This document shows positions 12,531 through 24,000 of a stretch of DNA of 64,000 bases, piece after piece (the first letter of the stretch is position 1; each line of letters opens with the position of its first letter). Under the pieces are notes generated by a model. The model worked only from the letters and a program-made list of their open reading frames with translations. It was not told the DNA's origin and searched no databases. The DNA comes from Mobula hypostoma (Eukaryota). The DNA lies in assembly GCF_963921235.1 (NCBI RefSeq), contig NC_086108.1, positions 100,442,001-100,506,000 on the forward strand, read 5' to 3'. A program made the position numbers and the translations under genes.

Positions 12531-14137
12531 ATTATTAAAGTACCTCACCATATACAATCCTGAAATTCATTTTCCTGTGGGCATACTCAGCCAACCTATA
12601 GAATAGTAACTATAACAGGATCAATGAAAGATCAACCAGAGTGCAGAAGACAACAAACTGTGCAAATGCAGATATAAATAAATGGTAATAAATAATGAGA
12701 ATATGAAATAACAAGGTAAAAGATCCTTACAGTGAAATCATTGGGAACATCTCAATGTATGGGCAGTGTCTGTAGTTAGCTGCTTTGTTCAAGAGTCTGA
12801 TTGTTGAGGGGTAGTAACCGTCTTTGAACCTTGTTTTGCGAGTCCTGAGGCTCTTGTACCTTCTCCCTTCTGGCAGCAGCGAGAAAAGGTGCCTGAAAGG
12901 GTGGCAGAAGCTGAAACTCTCGTCACAGTACCGAGATGTCCATTGATATAGATCCTTAGCCTGCAGGGCTACAGATCCAGGGGAGTGGAATTAAACAGGT
13001 CCATTTTTGGCTGGCATATAAATAATGAGCCAAACAGCCTCCTTCTGGCCGTACGTTTCCATGGCATTCTCCACTCTGCAATCAAATCTCTTATTCCACC
13101 ACAGGACGTGGTGATCTCTGGCAGGACAGTCCTTTATTAACCATCCCTAGGTTTGCTGGGCCACTCCAACGGGCAGTTAACTGGATTTGGAGACACGTTT
13201 TGGTCGACGTTCCCCCCTTTGGTCGGACTGGATAAGGGTAACAGATTTCCTCTTTCAATGGGAAGGATTGCAAGCTTCGGCTTTTGATCACGGTTTCTGA
13301 ATTTTTAAAACTATAACCAAAGAATTTTAACCATGAATAAACATGGGGAAACCAGCAAATTTTCATCAGCAACTTACTTAATCATTAAAGGCCCAGTGCA
13401 ATAGTATTGAAGCCTGACTAGATTATCATAGGCACTCCTGATAAGTAGTACCTCTGCTTCCCTGCTCTAACAATAAATCCTGGAAAGAAGCCGCTTTGAT
13501 ACAAGTGTAACCGGGTGACCGTCGAATCTTATTCATTATCGTTAAAAGTGTCCCTAGGCATCCATCCGGGTAATGCTAGAATAGTTGTCTGTGCCTTTAA
13601 GGGGAGATGGTGATGTCATTACGCACGCGCTGGATAATGGGGAGACCATTTTGTTTTCCGCTGCAGAAGCTGGCAGGGCTTTGGAATTGAGTTCCTACCA
13701 GAGATGATGGGCATGGCGAAAGATTTTCACGAGTGAAAGCATCGACACTGGATAGCGTGGCTTGTGCAAAGTTCCTCACCAGCCAAGTAGAATTGCCGCT
13801 ACCGTATTAGTTCTGTATTAGTTTTGTGCAGTTTGCTTTATGTATTTTTATACTGCATACGCAATTTGTCGATACACAAGGGTGTGGATCGAAAGTTAAA
13901 CTGAGATTGTAACGGCAAGAACTGGTTGTAAATTCGTTCACTTTGTTTTGTGACCCTCTTCTGGCACATAAACATCTAAAACAGATAAAGGAATTAAAAC
14001 CCGAAAAAGTATTTGTTGTCCTGAGTGTGTACATTTCCCCAGGCTACAAAACAAGGATCAATATCACATTTGGATTCAATCTGTGACCCAATGAGCTGGG
14101 TGTGATTCAGTCAAAAAATCGCTCCTTAATTTCTATT

Positions 14138-14848
14138 AAGTGGAACAGGTCAAAAGCTTTAAGTTCCTCGGGGTCAATATCACAAATGACCTGACTTGGT
14201 CCAACCAAGAAGAGTCCACTGCCAAGAAGGCCCACCAGCGCCTTTACTTCCAAAGAAAACTAAAGAAATTTGGCCTGTCCCCTAAAACCCTCACTAATTT
14301 TTATAGATGCACCGTAGAAAGCATTCTTCTAGGGTGCATCACAACCTGGTATGGAAGTTGTCCTGTCCAAGACCAAAAGAAGCTGCAGAAGATCGTGAAC
14401 ATGGCACAGCACATCACACAAACCAATCTTCTGTCCTTGGACTCACTTTACACCGCACGCTGTTGGAGCAGTGCTGCCAGGATAATCAAGGACACGACCC
14501 ACCCAGCCAACACACTTTACATCCCTCTTCCCTCCGGCAGAAGGCTCAGGAGCTTGAAGACTCATACGGCCAGGTTCGGGAACAGTTTCTTTCCAACTGT
14601 GATAAGACTGCTGAACGGATCCTGACCCGGATCTGGGCCGTACCCTCCAAATATCCGGACCTGCCTCTCGGTTTTTTTGCACTACCTTACTTTCCATTTT
14701 TCTATTTTCTATTTATGATTTATAATTTAATTTTTTAATATTTACTATCGATTTGTAATCCAGGGAGCGAGAAGCACAGAATCAAATATCGCTATGATGA
14801 TTGTACGTTCTAGTATCAATTGTTTGGTGACAATAAAGTATAAAGTAT
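14138..14848 (+). mobile_element. Rex1/Babar-type LINE, young 5'-truncated copy
   Basis: Uninterrupted ORF 14140-14625 [41 protein letters not shown] and (TAAAGTA)n tail; near-identical to 52588-53333. Confidence 0.9.
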
Positions 14849-15039
14849 TCAAGTATTTTTCTCTGTACTAATGGCTACCTACAAATATAGTTCCCACCAC
14901 ATTCCCTCTTCTTCCAGCACTTTTTGGACCTGTGACATTTAAGAAAAAGTTTCCCTCCTTCCCTCAACTCAAGATCTCCCTCAGTAACTGCTATTGAGCC
15001 CAGCGTGATGAGAGGTAGACAACATACCTGACCGTGAAC

Positions 15040-15632
15040 AATCTACAAGGCTGTATGTGGAGCATTGTGTGCAGTTTTGGGCCCCTTGTCTGAGAAAGGT
15101 TGTGCTGACATTGGAGAGGAGCCCTGAAGAGGTTTACAAGAATGATCCCGGGAATGAAATGGTTGCTGTCTGAGGAATATTTGATGGCTCTGGGCCTGTT
15201 ATAGCTGGAATTTAAAAGAATTGGGGGAAGGGGGATCTCATTGAATGCTATCAAATGTTGTGTGTGTTGCTTTAGATCTCTTGTGTTGAGAACTTTGAAA
15301 GGCCTAGATAGAGTGGACATGGTGAGGATGTTTCCTATAGTGGGAGAGTCTAGGACCAGAGGGCACAGCCTCAGGATATAATAACAGGATAAAAACTATT
15401 ACTAAATTATCATGGATAGTTCCTTTTCCTTCACCATAACAAAACTAAAGTGACAGTGAACACTGGCATACAACACTTGAACTGAGTGATTCTTTTGAGG
15501 TGGAGGTTGATAGGTTCTTGATTATTAAGGGCATCAAAGGTTATGGGGAGAAGGCAGGAGAATGGGATTGGGAGAAAATAAATCAGCCACTATAGAATGG
15601 TGGCCTAGTTCTGCTCCCATGTCTTATGATCT
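15040..15632 (+). mobile_element. CR1 LINE 3' fragment, interrupted
   Basis: GAGCATTGTGTGCAGTTTTGGGCCCC...GAATGATCCCGGGAATGAAA homologous to 1290-1985. Confidence 0.75.
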
Positions 15633-15775
15633 TATAGCTGCTGGTTTGGAGAATTCAGACATTCAGATTCAGATTTACTCGTCATGTTTACATCGAAATG
15701 TACAGTGAAATGTGTCACATACAAAATGCTGGAGGAACTCCAGCGGGTCTGGCAGCATCTATGGAAATTAATACA

Positions 15776-15813
15776 CAGTCGACATTTCAGACCAAGACCT
15801 TTCTTCAGGACTG
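15776..15813 (-). ncRNA. Minimal type-I hammerhead ribozyme motif
   Basis: Minus strand CAGTC-CTGAAGA-AAGGTCTTGGTCT-GAAA-TGTC-GACTG; perfect stem I, intact core, GUC site. Confidence 0.75.
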
Positions 15814-16145
15814 AGAGGAAGGGAGAAGATGCCAGAATAAAAAGATAGGAGGAGGGGAATGAGGCAAGCTGGAAGATGATAGGTGAAGCCTGATGGGTGG
15901 GAAAAGTCAAGGGCTGGAGAAGAAGGAATCTGATAGGGGAGGAGAGTAGACCAAGGGAGAAATGGAAGGAGGAGGGGACTCAAGGGGAGGTGTTAGTCAG
16001 GTGAGGAGAGGTACAAGGTCAGAGTTGGGAATAGAGGAAGGTGGGGGTGGGGTGGAATTTGTTTTCTGGAAGGAGAAATCAATATTCATTTTAGTTGGAG
16101 GTTACCCAGACGGAATACAAGGCGTTGCTCCTCCATCCTGAGAGT

Positions 16146-17061
16146 GATGATACTAAGATAGGTGGCGTTGTGGATAATGAAGTAGGTTTTCAAAGCTTGC
16201 AGAGAGATTTAGGCCAGTTAGAAGAATGGGCTGAAAGATGGTAGATGGAGCTTAATGCTGATAAGTGTGAGGTGCTACATTTTGGTAGGACTAATCAAAA
16301 TAGGACATACATGGTAAATGGTAGGGCATTGAAGAATGCAGTAGAACAGAGGGATCCAGGAATAATGGTGTATAGTTCCCTGAAGGTGGAATCTCATGTG
16401 GATAGGGTGGTGAAGAAAGCTTTTGGTATGCTGGCCTTTATTAATCAGAGCATTGAGTATAGGAGATGGGATGTAATGGTAAAATTGTACAAGGCATTGG
16501 TGAGGTCAAATTTGGAGTATTGTGTACAGTTCTGGTCACCAAATTATAGGAAAGATGTCAACAAAATAGAGAGAGTACAGAGGAGATTTATTAGAATGTT
16601 ACCTGGGTTGCAGCACCTGAGTTACAGAGAAAGGTTGAACAAGTTAGGTCTTTATTCTTTGGAGCGTAGAAGGTTGAGGGGGGGACTTGATAGAGGTATT
16701 TAAAATTATGAGGGGGATAGATAGAGTTGATGTGGATAGGCTTTTTCCATTGAGAGTGGGGGAGATTCAAACAAGAGGACATGAGTTGACAGTTAAAGGG
16801 CAAAAGTTTAAGGTTAACACGAGGGGGAACTTCTTTACTCAGAGAGTGGTAGCTGTGTGGAACGAGCTTCCAGTAGAAGTGGTAGAGGCAGGTTCGATTT
16901 TGTCATTTAAAAAAAATTGGGTAGGTATATGGACAGGAAAGAAATGGAGGGTTATGGGCTGAGTGCAGGTAGATGGGACTAGGTGAGAGTAAGTGTTTGG
17001 CACGGACTAGAAGGGCCAAGATGGCCTGTTTCCGTGCTGTAATTGTTATTTGGTTATATGG
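16146..17061 (+). mobile_element. CR1 LINE, 5'-truncated, frameshifted
   Basis: DDTKIGG, KCEVLHFG, LYKALVRSNLEYCVQFWSP, LGLYSLERRRLRG, FFTQRVVAVWNELP; frameshift in the G run near 16680. Confidence 0.95.
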
Positions 17062-17569
17062 CTTCAAGATGGTAAAATGTGCCATTTGTGTTAACAGGCA
17101 ACACACCCCACGATCAGGGCAAAAGCGATCAGCTCTCTTCAGCATCTCCACAGATGTGTAACGCTCCTTCCCCAGGCTTCAAGTGGATTCATTCAGAGAG
17201 GTAAAGGGTTCAGAAGCAGGAAAATTATGTTGATATGAAAAACAAAATTGCTGCTGGAAATATTCAGGAGACTGGGCAGCACCTGTGACTCAGAATTCAT
17301 CGTTGATTTCAAAACTGGGTCACAAAAGATGGCAGATGCGGGAATCTGGAGCAAAAGGTACAAACTGCTGGATGAACCCAGTTGACCAGGCAGCATCTGT
17401 GAAGGAAAGGGATCTTTGACGTTTAGGGGTGACTGCCTTCCTAGTCACTCTCAGTGCTGGTCCAGGATCTCGACCCGAAATGTTGACATTTCCTTTCCCT
17501 CCACAGAGCCTGCTGGATCTGCCAAGTTCATCCCACGGTTTGAAGACACAAGGGTCAGCAGGTTTAGAT

Positions 17570-18187
17570 TATGAAGACTCGTAGTCCTCTTTTATTGTTA
17601 TTTAGCAATGCATGCATTAAGAAATGATACAATATTTCCTCCGGTGTGATATCACAAAACACAGGACAGACCAAGACTGAAAAAACTGACAAAACCACAC
17701 AATTATAACATATAGTTACAAATAGTGTAACAATACCATAACTTGATGAAGAAGTCCATGAGCACAGTAAAGTTCAAAGTCTCTCAAATGTCCCACATCT
17801 CACGCAGACAGGAGAAGGAAGAAAAACTCTCCCTGCCATGCCGAGCACAATCCGTCTCTGAGTCATCCGAAAATTTCGAGCTCTGATCAGCTGTCCGACA
17901 CTGAGTACTGAGCACCATCTCTGTCTGAACGATTTGACCTCCTTCTCAGTTGCCAAAAGCAGGCAAGGCCGTGGATTTTGAGGCCTACCCTCCGAAAGAT
18001 TCCCATCCTCGCAGTAACAACAGCAGCGAACGAGCATTTCAGAAATTTCTCCAGATGTTCCTCTGTGCTTTCACGTCCATTCTCCATCAGATCAGAATTG
18101 TCCATGGCCCCTATTTAATGGATACGATATCATTTTTCACCGGAGGGCTGCGTACGCACAGGTGCGCCGCCATCTTCTCCTCCCGCC
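17570..18187 (-). mobile_element. Non-coding LINE-derived element (5' end joined to a 3' UTR)
   Basis: Minus strand starts GGCGGGAGGAGAAGATGGCGGCGC (CpG-rich, YY1-like) and ends near AATAAAAG; no RT-like ORF. Confidence 0.5.
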
Positions 18188-18853
18188 AGATGCTGGAATC
18201 TGGAGAAACAAACAAACTGCTGAAAGATCTCAGCAGGTCGCACTGTGGTAGGAAAGGAATTGTCAATGTTTATGGTCGAAATCCAATAATCCATGGAAAA
18301 TAAACCCATAAAATGTCCTGAAGCAGGGTTTCAAACTGATACATTGATAATTTCTTTTCCCCTACAGATCTCTTCTGAGGATAGGTTGAGCAAGACAAAG
18401 GTTTTCTCTTTGGATGAGAGGTACAAGAGGCATTAATAGAGTGGGTGTACAGAGACCTTTGCCCTAGATGGAACGCTGTCGTAGGAAAGCAGCATCCATC
18501 ATCAGGGACCTCCACCACCCTGGACATTCTCTCTTCTCATTGCTGCCATCAGGACGAAGGTACAAGATCCTCAGGACTCAGACAGCCAGGTTCAGGAACA
18601 GTTGTTACCCCTCATCATCAGGCTCTTGAACCAAAGGGGAAAATTTCCACCCAACTACACTTTCCCCACCATTGAAATGGTTCCACAACGAATGGACTCA
18701 CTTTCAAGGACTCTTCATCTCATGTTCTCAATCCTTATTGCTTATTTATTTATTATTATTATTTCTTCATTTTGTATTTGCACAGTTTATTACCTTCTGC
18801 ACTCTAGTCTGGTAGTCTTTCTTTGATTCTGGTAATATTCTATAGATTTGTTG

Positions 18854-18943
18854 AGACAGACCTGGTGATCTCAAGACAGGCCTGGGGAATTCTAGACAGG
18901 GCTGATTAACTTGAGACAGGCCTGATAACCTCAAGACAGACCC
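18854..18943. repeat. Degenerate 20-bp minisatellite, ~4.5 units
   Basis: AGACAG recurs every 20 bp (AGACAGACCTGGTGATCTCA, AGACAGGCCTGGGGAATTCT, AGACAGGGCTGATTAACTTG, AGACAGGCCTGATAACCTCA). Confidence 0.8.
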
Positions 18944-19651
18944 GAGTAAACGTAGGAAACTTTGAATATTCAGAAACATTAAATATAACTTGGAAACATG
19001 GAGTGAATATGGGAATATTGAATAAATCTCTGAAACATAGAACTAACCAGAAAAACATGGAAGGCCACAGGAGACCTAGCAAACCTCATTGGCCTTGAGT
19101 ACCTTAGAAAAAACCTTGAACATGGACTAGAGAAGCTCAGAACTCGGAATGAGGACAAGAGAAACTAAGAATGAAGATGTGAGGGGTAAGTTTTCTACTC
19201 CGAGAGTGGTGGATTCCTGGAATGCGCTGCCTGGTATGATGGTAGAGGCAAATACATTAAAAAGACATTTAGGTGGACACATGAATATGAGGACTATGTT
19301 TTTGATATATGTTTTAGCTGGTTCGGCACAACATCTTGGGCCAAAGGGCCTGTTCCTGTGTTCTATGTTCTAAGACTAGAAACAGTTAGAATAAAGACTC
19401 AGAAAGTTCACTAGAGAATAGATTGCATCCTCACCTCCAACTGACCAAATGTCCAAGTCGCTGTTCAACCTCTGTTGGGTCCATTATATCGTGGGGCCCT
19501 TCTGTTGTGATGTAGACTGGCATTGACGGAACCCAAGTGCGGAGGAAAGACAGACTCCTATGTTGATACAGCAAATAGAGCTTATACACAAGAATTCCAA
19601 CAATATATCGATGGCTTAACTGAGCAACACCGCAATATGTAACATCCTGGC

Positions 19652-19963
19652 TAACTGGCTAATGTCTAACATGAGGGGGCATAGCTTTAAGGTGCTTTGT
19701 AGCAGGTACAGAGGGGCTGTCAGAGGTAAGTTTTTCACACGGAGAGTGGTGGGTGTGTGGAATGCACTGCTAGTAACAGTGGTAGAGGCGGATACGATGG
19801 GGTCTTTTAAGAGACACTTAGATAGGTACATGGAGCCTAGAAAAATAGAGGGCTATGCGGTAGGGAAATTCTAGGCAGTTTCTAGAGTAGGTTACCTGGT
19901 TGGCACAATATTGTGGGCTGAAGGACTTGTACTGTGCTGTAGATTTCTAAGTTCTATGTTCTA
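19652..19963 (+). mobile_element. CR1 LINE 3' end
   Basis: RGHSFKV..GKFFTRRVVGVWNAL..VVEAD; TTCTATGTTCTAT tail. Confidence 0.85.
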
Positions 19964-20092
19964 TCCTCAAACTTAGGACCCCGATATATGTATGTATAAG
20001 AAACAGTGTTGTAAAACAACTAACCAACCCCTCCACACCCCCACCCACTGATACTTTATCATTTCCTGCCAGTTACCTTATGCATAGACACT

Positions 20093-20441
20093 CCCTAACC
20101 ATGAATAACCCTAACCCTAACCATGGACTTTTTACTCTCCTCCCATCTGGTAGGCGCTACAGGAGCCTCCGCTCCCGCACCAGCAGGCACAGGAAGAGCT
20201 TCCTCCCTGAGGCTGTGACCCTGCTGAACCTCACATCACAGCGCTAAGCAGTATTGCATCCGTATTGTACTGTCTCAGTACTTTTATATTTGTGTGCTGT
20301 AGCACTTTTTTTATACGCAGTTATTTTGTAAATAACACTATTCTTTGCATTTCTGGTCAGATGCTAAACACATTTCATTGGCTTTGTATCTGTACTCGGC
20401 ACAATAACAATAAAGTTGAATCTAATCTAATCTAATCTAAT
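20093..20441 (+). mobile_element. Rex/Babar-type LINE 3' end with telomere-like 5' junction
   Basis: HGLFTLLPSGRRYRS..SFLPEAVTLLN; AATAAA and (TCTAA)4 tail; CCCTAA units at 20093-20122. Confidence 0.8.
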
Positions 20442-20513
20442 CCTGTGCCTACCATCACTGTATGGATGTAAAATCATTCTATGTATTTAAACTATCTTAT
20501 GCACTTATATTTA

Positions 20514-20516
<3 letters not shown>

Positions 20517-20554
<38 letters not shown>
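20517..20554. repeat. (TA)n microsatellite
   Basis: Perfect TA dinucleotide run of ~19 units. Confidence 0.95.
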
Positions 20555-20557
<3 letters not shown>

Positions 20558-21232
20558 CCTCAATATATGTTCATTTACATCCCTGTATCTACCACATTCC
20601 AATTATTCAGAAGGCTTACACTCAAGCATCAGCTTCACCTTGCCCAGAAAGGGTTAATGTCACTACACTTTAGAACTGTGATGGCTCCATTTGTGTAAAT
20701 GAAATCTGTTTAATCTTATTAATCAGCCCTGTCAGTTCTAAGTTCCCAAGGTGACCCATGAACTCCACCTTGTAGTTGAGATTTATTTATTTTTCAGAAC
20801 AGGTTAAGAACAGAACTGGCCTCTCTTTACAGAGCTGCCATTTAGGATGGAGTGGTTTGGCCCATATAAATTGGTAATATGAAGCTATTTAATTGGGAAA
20901 TTAAATCATTTCTCTGCCACAAAGGTGACACATTGACATTGATAGTTGTTGCCTGAGAGAAATACTCCAAGGGCATGTCTGCACATCTGCGTGAACCACA
21001 TCCCATTAGCTGCCTTCGAGTACATAGGGATTGCTGGTGTAAGCCAATTACTAGGAGCCAAGACAGTGACCAAACATAACAGCAAGTTCTATAAATAGGA
21101 GCTAATCTGATGCTACAGCAGTTGTCATTTAACTAACCTTTCCTTCTAGTGTTTGCAGGTGGAATTGCAGCTGCAGTCTTTCAGACGTACATCTCCCACT
21201 TAGCGACAGTGCCCTCAAGGTCCCATCTTGGT

Positions 21233-21515
21233 GGGGCGTCACGGTACCTTCGCAGTTAGCGCGACACTGTTACAGCTCAGGGCATCAGAGCTTGGCGTTG
21301 AATTCCGGCGGCATCTTTAAGGAGCTTGTACGCTTCTGTCCATGACCATGTGGCCTTCCTCCGGGTGCTCCGGTTTCCTCCCTCAGTCCAAAGATGTATA
21401 GGTTATTTGGTTCATTGTCCGGTGATTAGGCCAGGGTTAAATAGGTGGGTTACTGGGCAGTGCCGCTCGTTGGGCCAGAAGGAGATGAAAAGCACTATAT
21501 CACTAAATAAATAAA
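21233..21515 (+). mobile_element. V-type (HE1-like) SINE
   Basis: tRNA-like head, V-domain TTCCTCCGGGTGCTCCGGTTTCCTCCC, (TAAA)n tail. Confidence 0.8.
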
Positions 21516-22322
21516 TATCTGGAATGCAACGTCAGAGGAGCAGGTGAACGGAGATACATTCACTACATTTGAGAGGCATTTAGACAGACACTTAAATAGA
21601 CAAAGCAGAGGAGGATGCACCCTAATACAGGGAAAAGGGATTAGTCTGGATGGACAGAAAGGTCTGAGTGAACATAGTGGGGTGAAAGGGACTGTTTCTG
21701 TGTTGTACCACTTTATAACCCAACCAACGATAGCACTTAACTCCAGTCACTGTGTGGCACTATTCCCTGCACACTTAACCCTCGATCTTCACCTTCTACT
21801 TCCTACGGCATAGCCAATCATAAATCTGATCTCGTCCTGGATCCAATGTGATCTAACTTTCAAAACTGACCTGCCATGAGGGATCTTGGCAAGAGCCTTG
21901 CTAAAGTCCATATAGACAAAATTTATTGGCTTACTCTCCCCGATCTTCTTGGTTACCTCCTTGAAGAATTCAAAAGAGATAGCTGCTGTGAATGCTTCCC
22001 TCTTTTTATTAACCAGCTTTATGCTGTGAAGCTTCCTAACAGCCTGGGGATATCTGCTCTGGGTGAAAGGTTGTCCAATCCTAATGAGGGGCCTCAGTCC
22101 AAAATGTCGATTATTTATTTCTCCTATCTCTTTTGGAGTTCTTCATGAAGGTAACCAAGAGGGTAGGTGAGGGTAGGTGAGAGTAGGCCATTTTGCCCAT
22201 TGAATCATTAGTTCACAATTGCTTCAGTGCTATGAATACCTCTCTCTTTTCTTAACCAGAGATTTACCTTGCAAACCTTCCTAACAGCCTGAGGATATAT
22301 TCTCTGGGAAAAAAAGATTCTC

Positions 22323-22360
22323 TAGTCCTGATGAAGGGCCTCGGCTTGAAACCTCGGCTC
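22323..22360 (+). ncRNA. Hammerhead motif, partly decayed, in a tail-less pLTR
   Basis: TAGTC-CTGATGA-AGGGCCTCGGCTT-GAAA-CCTC-GGCTC. Confidence 0.55.
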
Positions 22361-23280
22361 CTCTCCATAGATACTGCCTGACCTGCTGAGTTCCTTCAGC
22401 ATTTTGTGCATGTTGCAAACAATTCTGGCTGTTGAACCCATCTGAGCTCCCACAACTTTATAAAATTTTGTGTCAGGTATTGAGGTCACTTTATGATATT
22501 GAGGAAGAACTTAACCTTTTGGGTGTAAGTGATTTTCTGTAAAGAAACTACAAATACATTATATAAATGCTCTAGACTCAAAGTTCAAAGTAAATTTATT
22601 ATCTATGTACATATATGTCACTGTAGACAACTCTGAGGTTTGTTTTCTTGCAGGCATACACAGTAAATGCAAGAAACACAATCGAATCAATGAAAGCCCA
22701 CACCTAAAAGGACAAACAAAAACCAATGTGCCAAAGAAAACAAACTATACAAATACAAAAGAATAAAAGAAATAATAATAATAATAAATAATTAAGAAAT
22801 AAATATTAGGAACATGAGATGAAGAGTCCTTGAAAGTCCTTGATAGGTTGTGGGAACAGTTCAGTGATGGGGTGAGTGAAGTTATCCCCTCTGGTTCAAG
22901 AGCCTGATGGTTGAGGGGTAATAAGTGTTCTGCTATGAAGATGCGTACAACATGGAAGCAGACCATTGGACAAAGTATTTTCTCTCCACTCCAGCCTCCT
23001 TCCTATTAGGTCTATCAACAAGTACTGACTCATCTCTCCAAAATTGCAGCTGCTCCCCAGAGTGAGAAAGTCCTATGTTCTCACCACTTGCTAAATGAAG
23101 AAATTGCTCTTGTCCTTAAAATATCATCCAAAATTAAACATACAGCATTGCTCGTGAGCATTAAAAACCACTAGAAATTTATCATTAGTCCAATGTTTTT
23201 AGCGTACAATTGGTCTATGAAGACCATCCCATGTAAATAGAGACAAAGGCTTTATCTCTTTTATATTATATGCCCTGTGT

Positions 23281-23581
23281 GGGCACGTGGCCAAGTGGTT
23301 AAGTCATTGGACTAGCAACCTGAAGGTCGTGAGTTCAAGCCCTAGCCAAGGCAACATGTTTTGTCCTTGAGCAGGGCACTTAATCACACATCACTCTGCG
23401 ACGACACTGGTGCCAAGCTGTATGGGTCTTAATGCCCTTCCCTTGGACAACATTGGTGTCGTGGAGAGGGAAGACTTGCAGCATGGGCAACTGCTGGTCT
23501 TCCATACAACCTTGCCCAGGCCTGCGCCCTGGAGAGTGAAGACTTTCCAGGTGCAGATACATGGTCTCGCAAGACTAACGG
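23281..23581 (+). mobile_element. Full-length tRNA-derived SINE (~300 bp) with a 16-bp TSD
   Basis: A box TGGCCAAGTGG, B box GAGTTCAAGCC; flanks ATTATATGCCCTGTGT (23265-23280) and ATTATATGCTCTGTGT (23582-23597). Confidence 0.9.
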
Positions 23582-23649
23582 ATTATATGCTCTGTGTAAT
23601 ATATGTATTGTGAGTGTACTGTGCTCCAGAGGAACGTTTTTTCAATTGA

Positions 23650-24000
23650 CCATAAGACCATAAGAGATAGGAGCAGAATTAGGCATTTGGCCCATCAAGT
23701 CTGCTCCTCCATTTCATCATGGCTGATTTATTATCCTTCTCCATCCCATTCTCCTGCATTCTCTCGTAACTTTTGATTGACTGACTAATCAAGAACCAAC
23801 AACCTTCACTCAATAACTTGGCTTCCACAGCTGCCTGTGGCAATGAATTCCACAGATTCACTACCCCCCGGTTTAAGATTAAATGGACGTCCCTCTATTC
23901 TGAGGCTGTGCCCTCTTGTCCTGGACTCACCCATTTTAGGAAGCATCTTCTCCACAACCACTCTATCTAGGCCTTTCAATATTCAATAGGTTTCAATAAG
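23650..24000 (-). mobile_element. CR1 LINE 3' end
   Basis: NLWNSLPQAAVEA and the CTTATGGTCTTATGGTC tail. Confidence 0.85.

Larger units (their letters stand above)
15718..17071 (-). mobile_element. Tail-less PLE 3' fragment with a 13-bp TSD, split by a CR1
   Basis: pLTR and GIY-YIG end at 15718-16145, ~10 more PLE-like bases at 17061-17071; flanks GTGAAATGTGTCA (15705-15717) and GTAAAATGTGCCA (17072-17084). Confidence 0.75.

Noticed and set aside
13090..13340. Apparently unique segment with a 93-aa minus-strand ORF
   Set aside because: Resembles, from memory, an old elasmobranch SINE/LINE 3' end; too decayed to call and not credible as a CDS
13601..13810. Plus-strand acceptor-like TGTGCCTTTAAG followed by codon-like sequence
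   Set aside because: Stops in all three frames, no clear donor and no recognisable peptide
14140..14625. 161-aa ORF duplicated at 52588-53073, resembling a paralogous host gene pair
   Set aside because: It is the C-terminus of a Rex/Babar RT followed by the LINE tail, and the start codon is a truncation artefact
18854..18943. Regularly spaced AGACAG repeats, CRISPR-like at a glance
   Set aside because: 20-bp tandem units with related intervening sequence in a vertebrate context, and no cas genes
23281..23352. tRNA-like sequence with A and B boxes
   Set aside because: It continues into a shared SINE body with TSDs, so it is a SINE head rather than a tRNA gene
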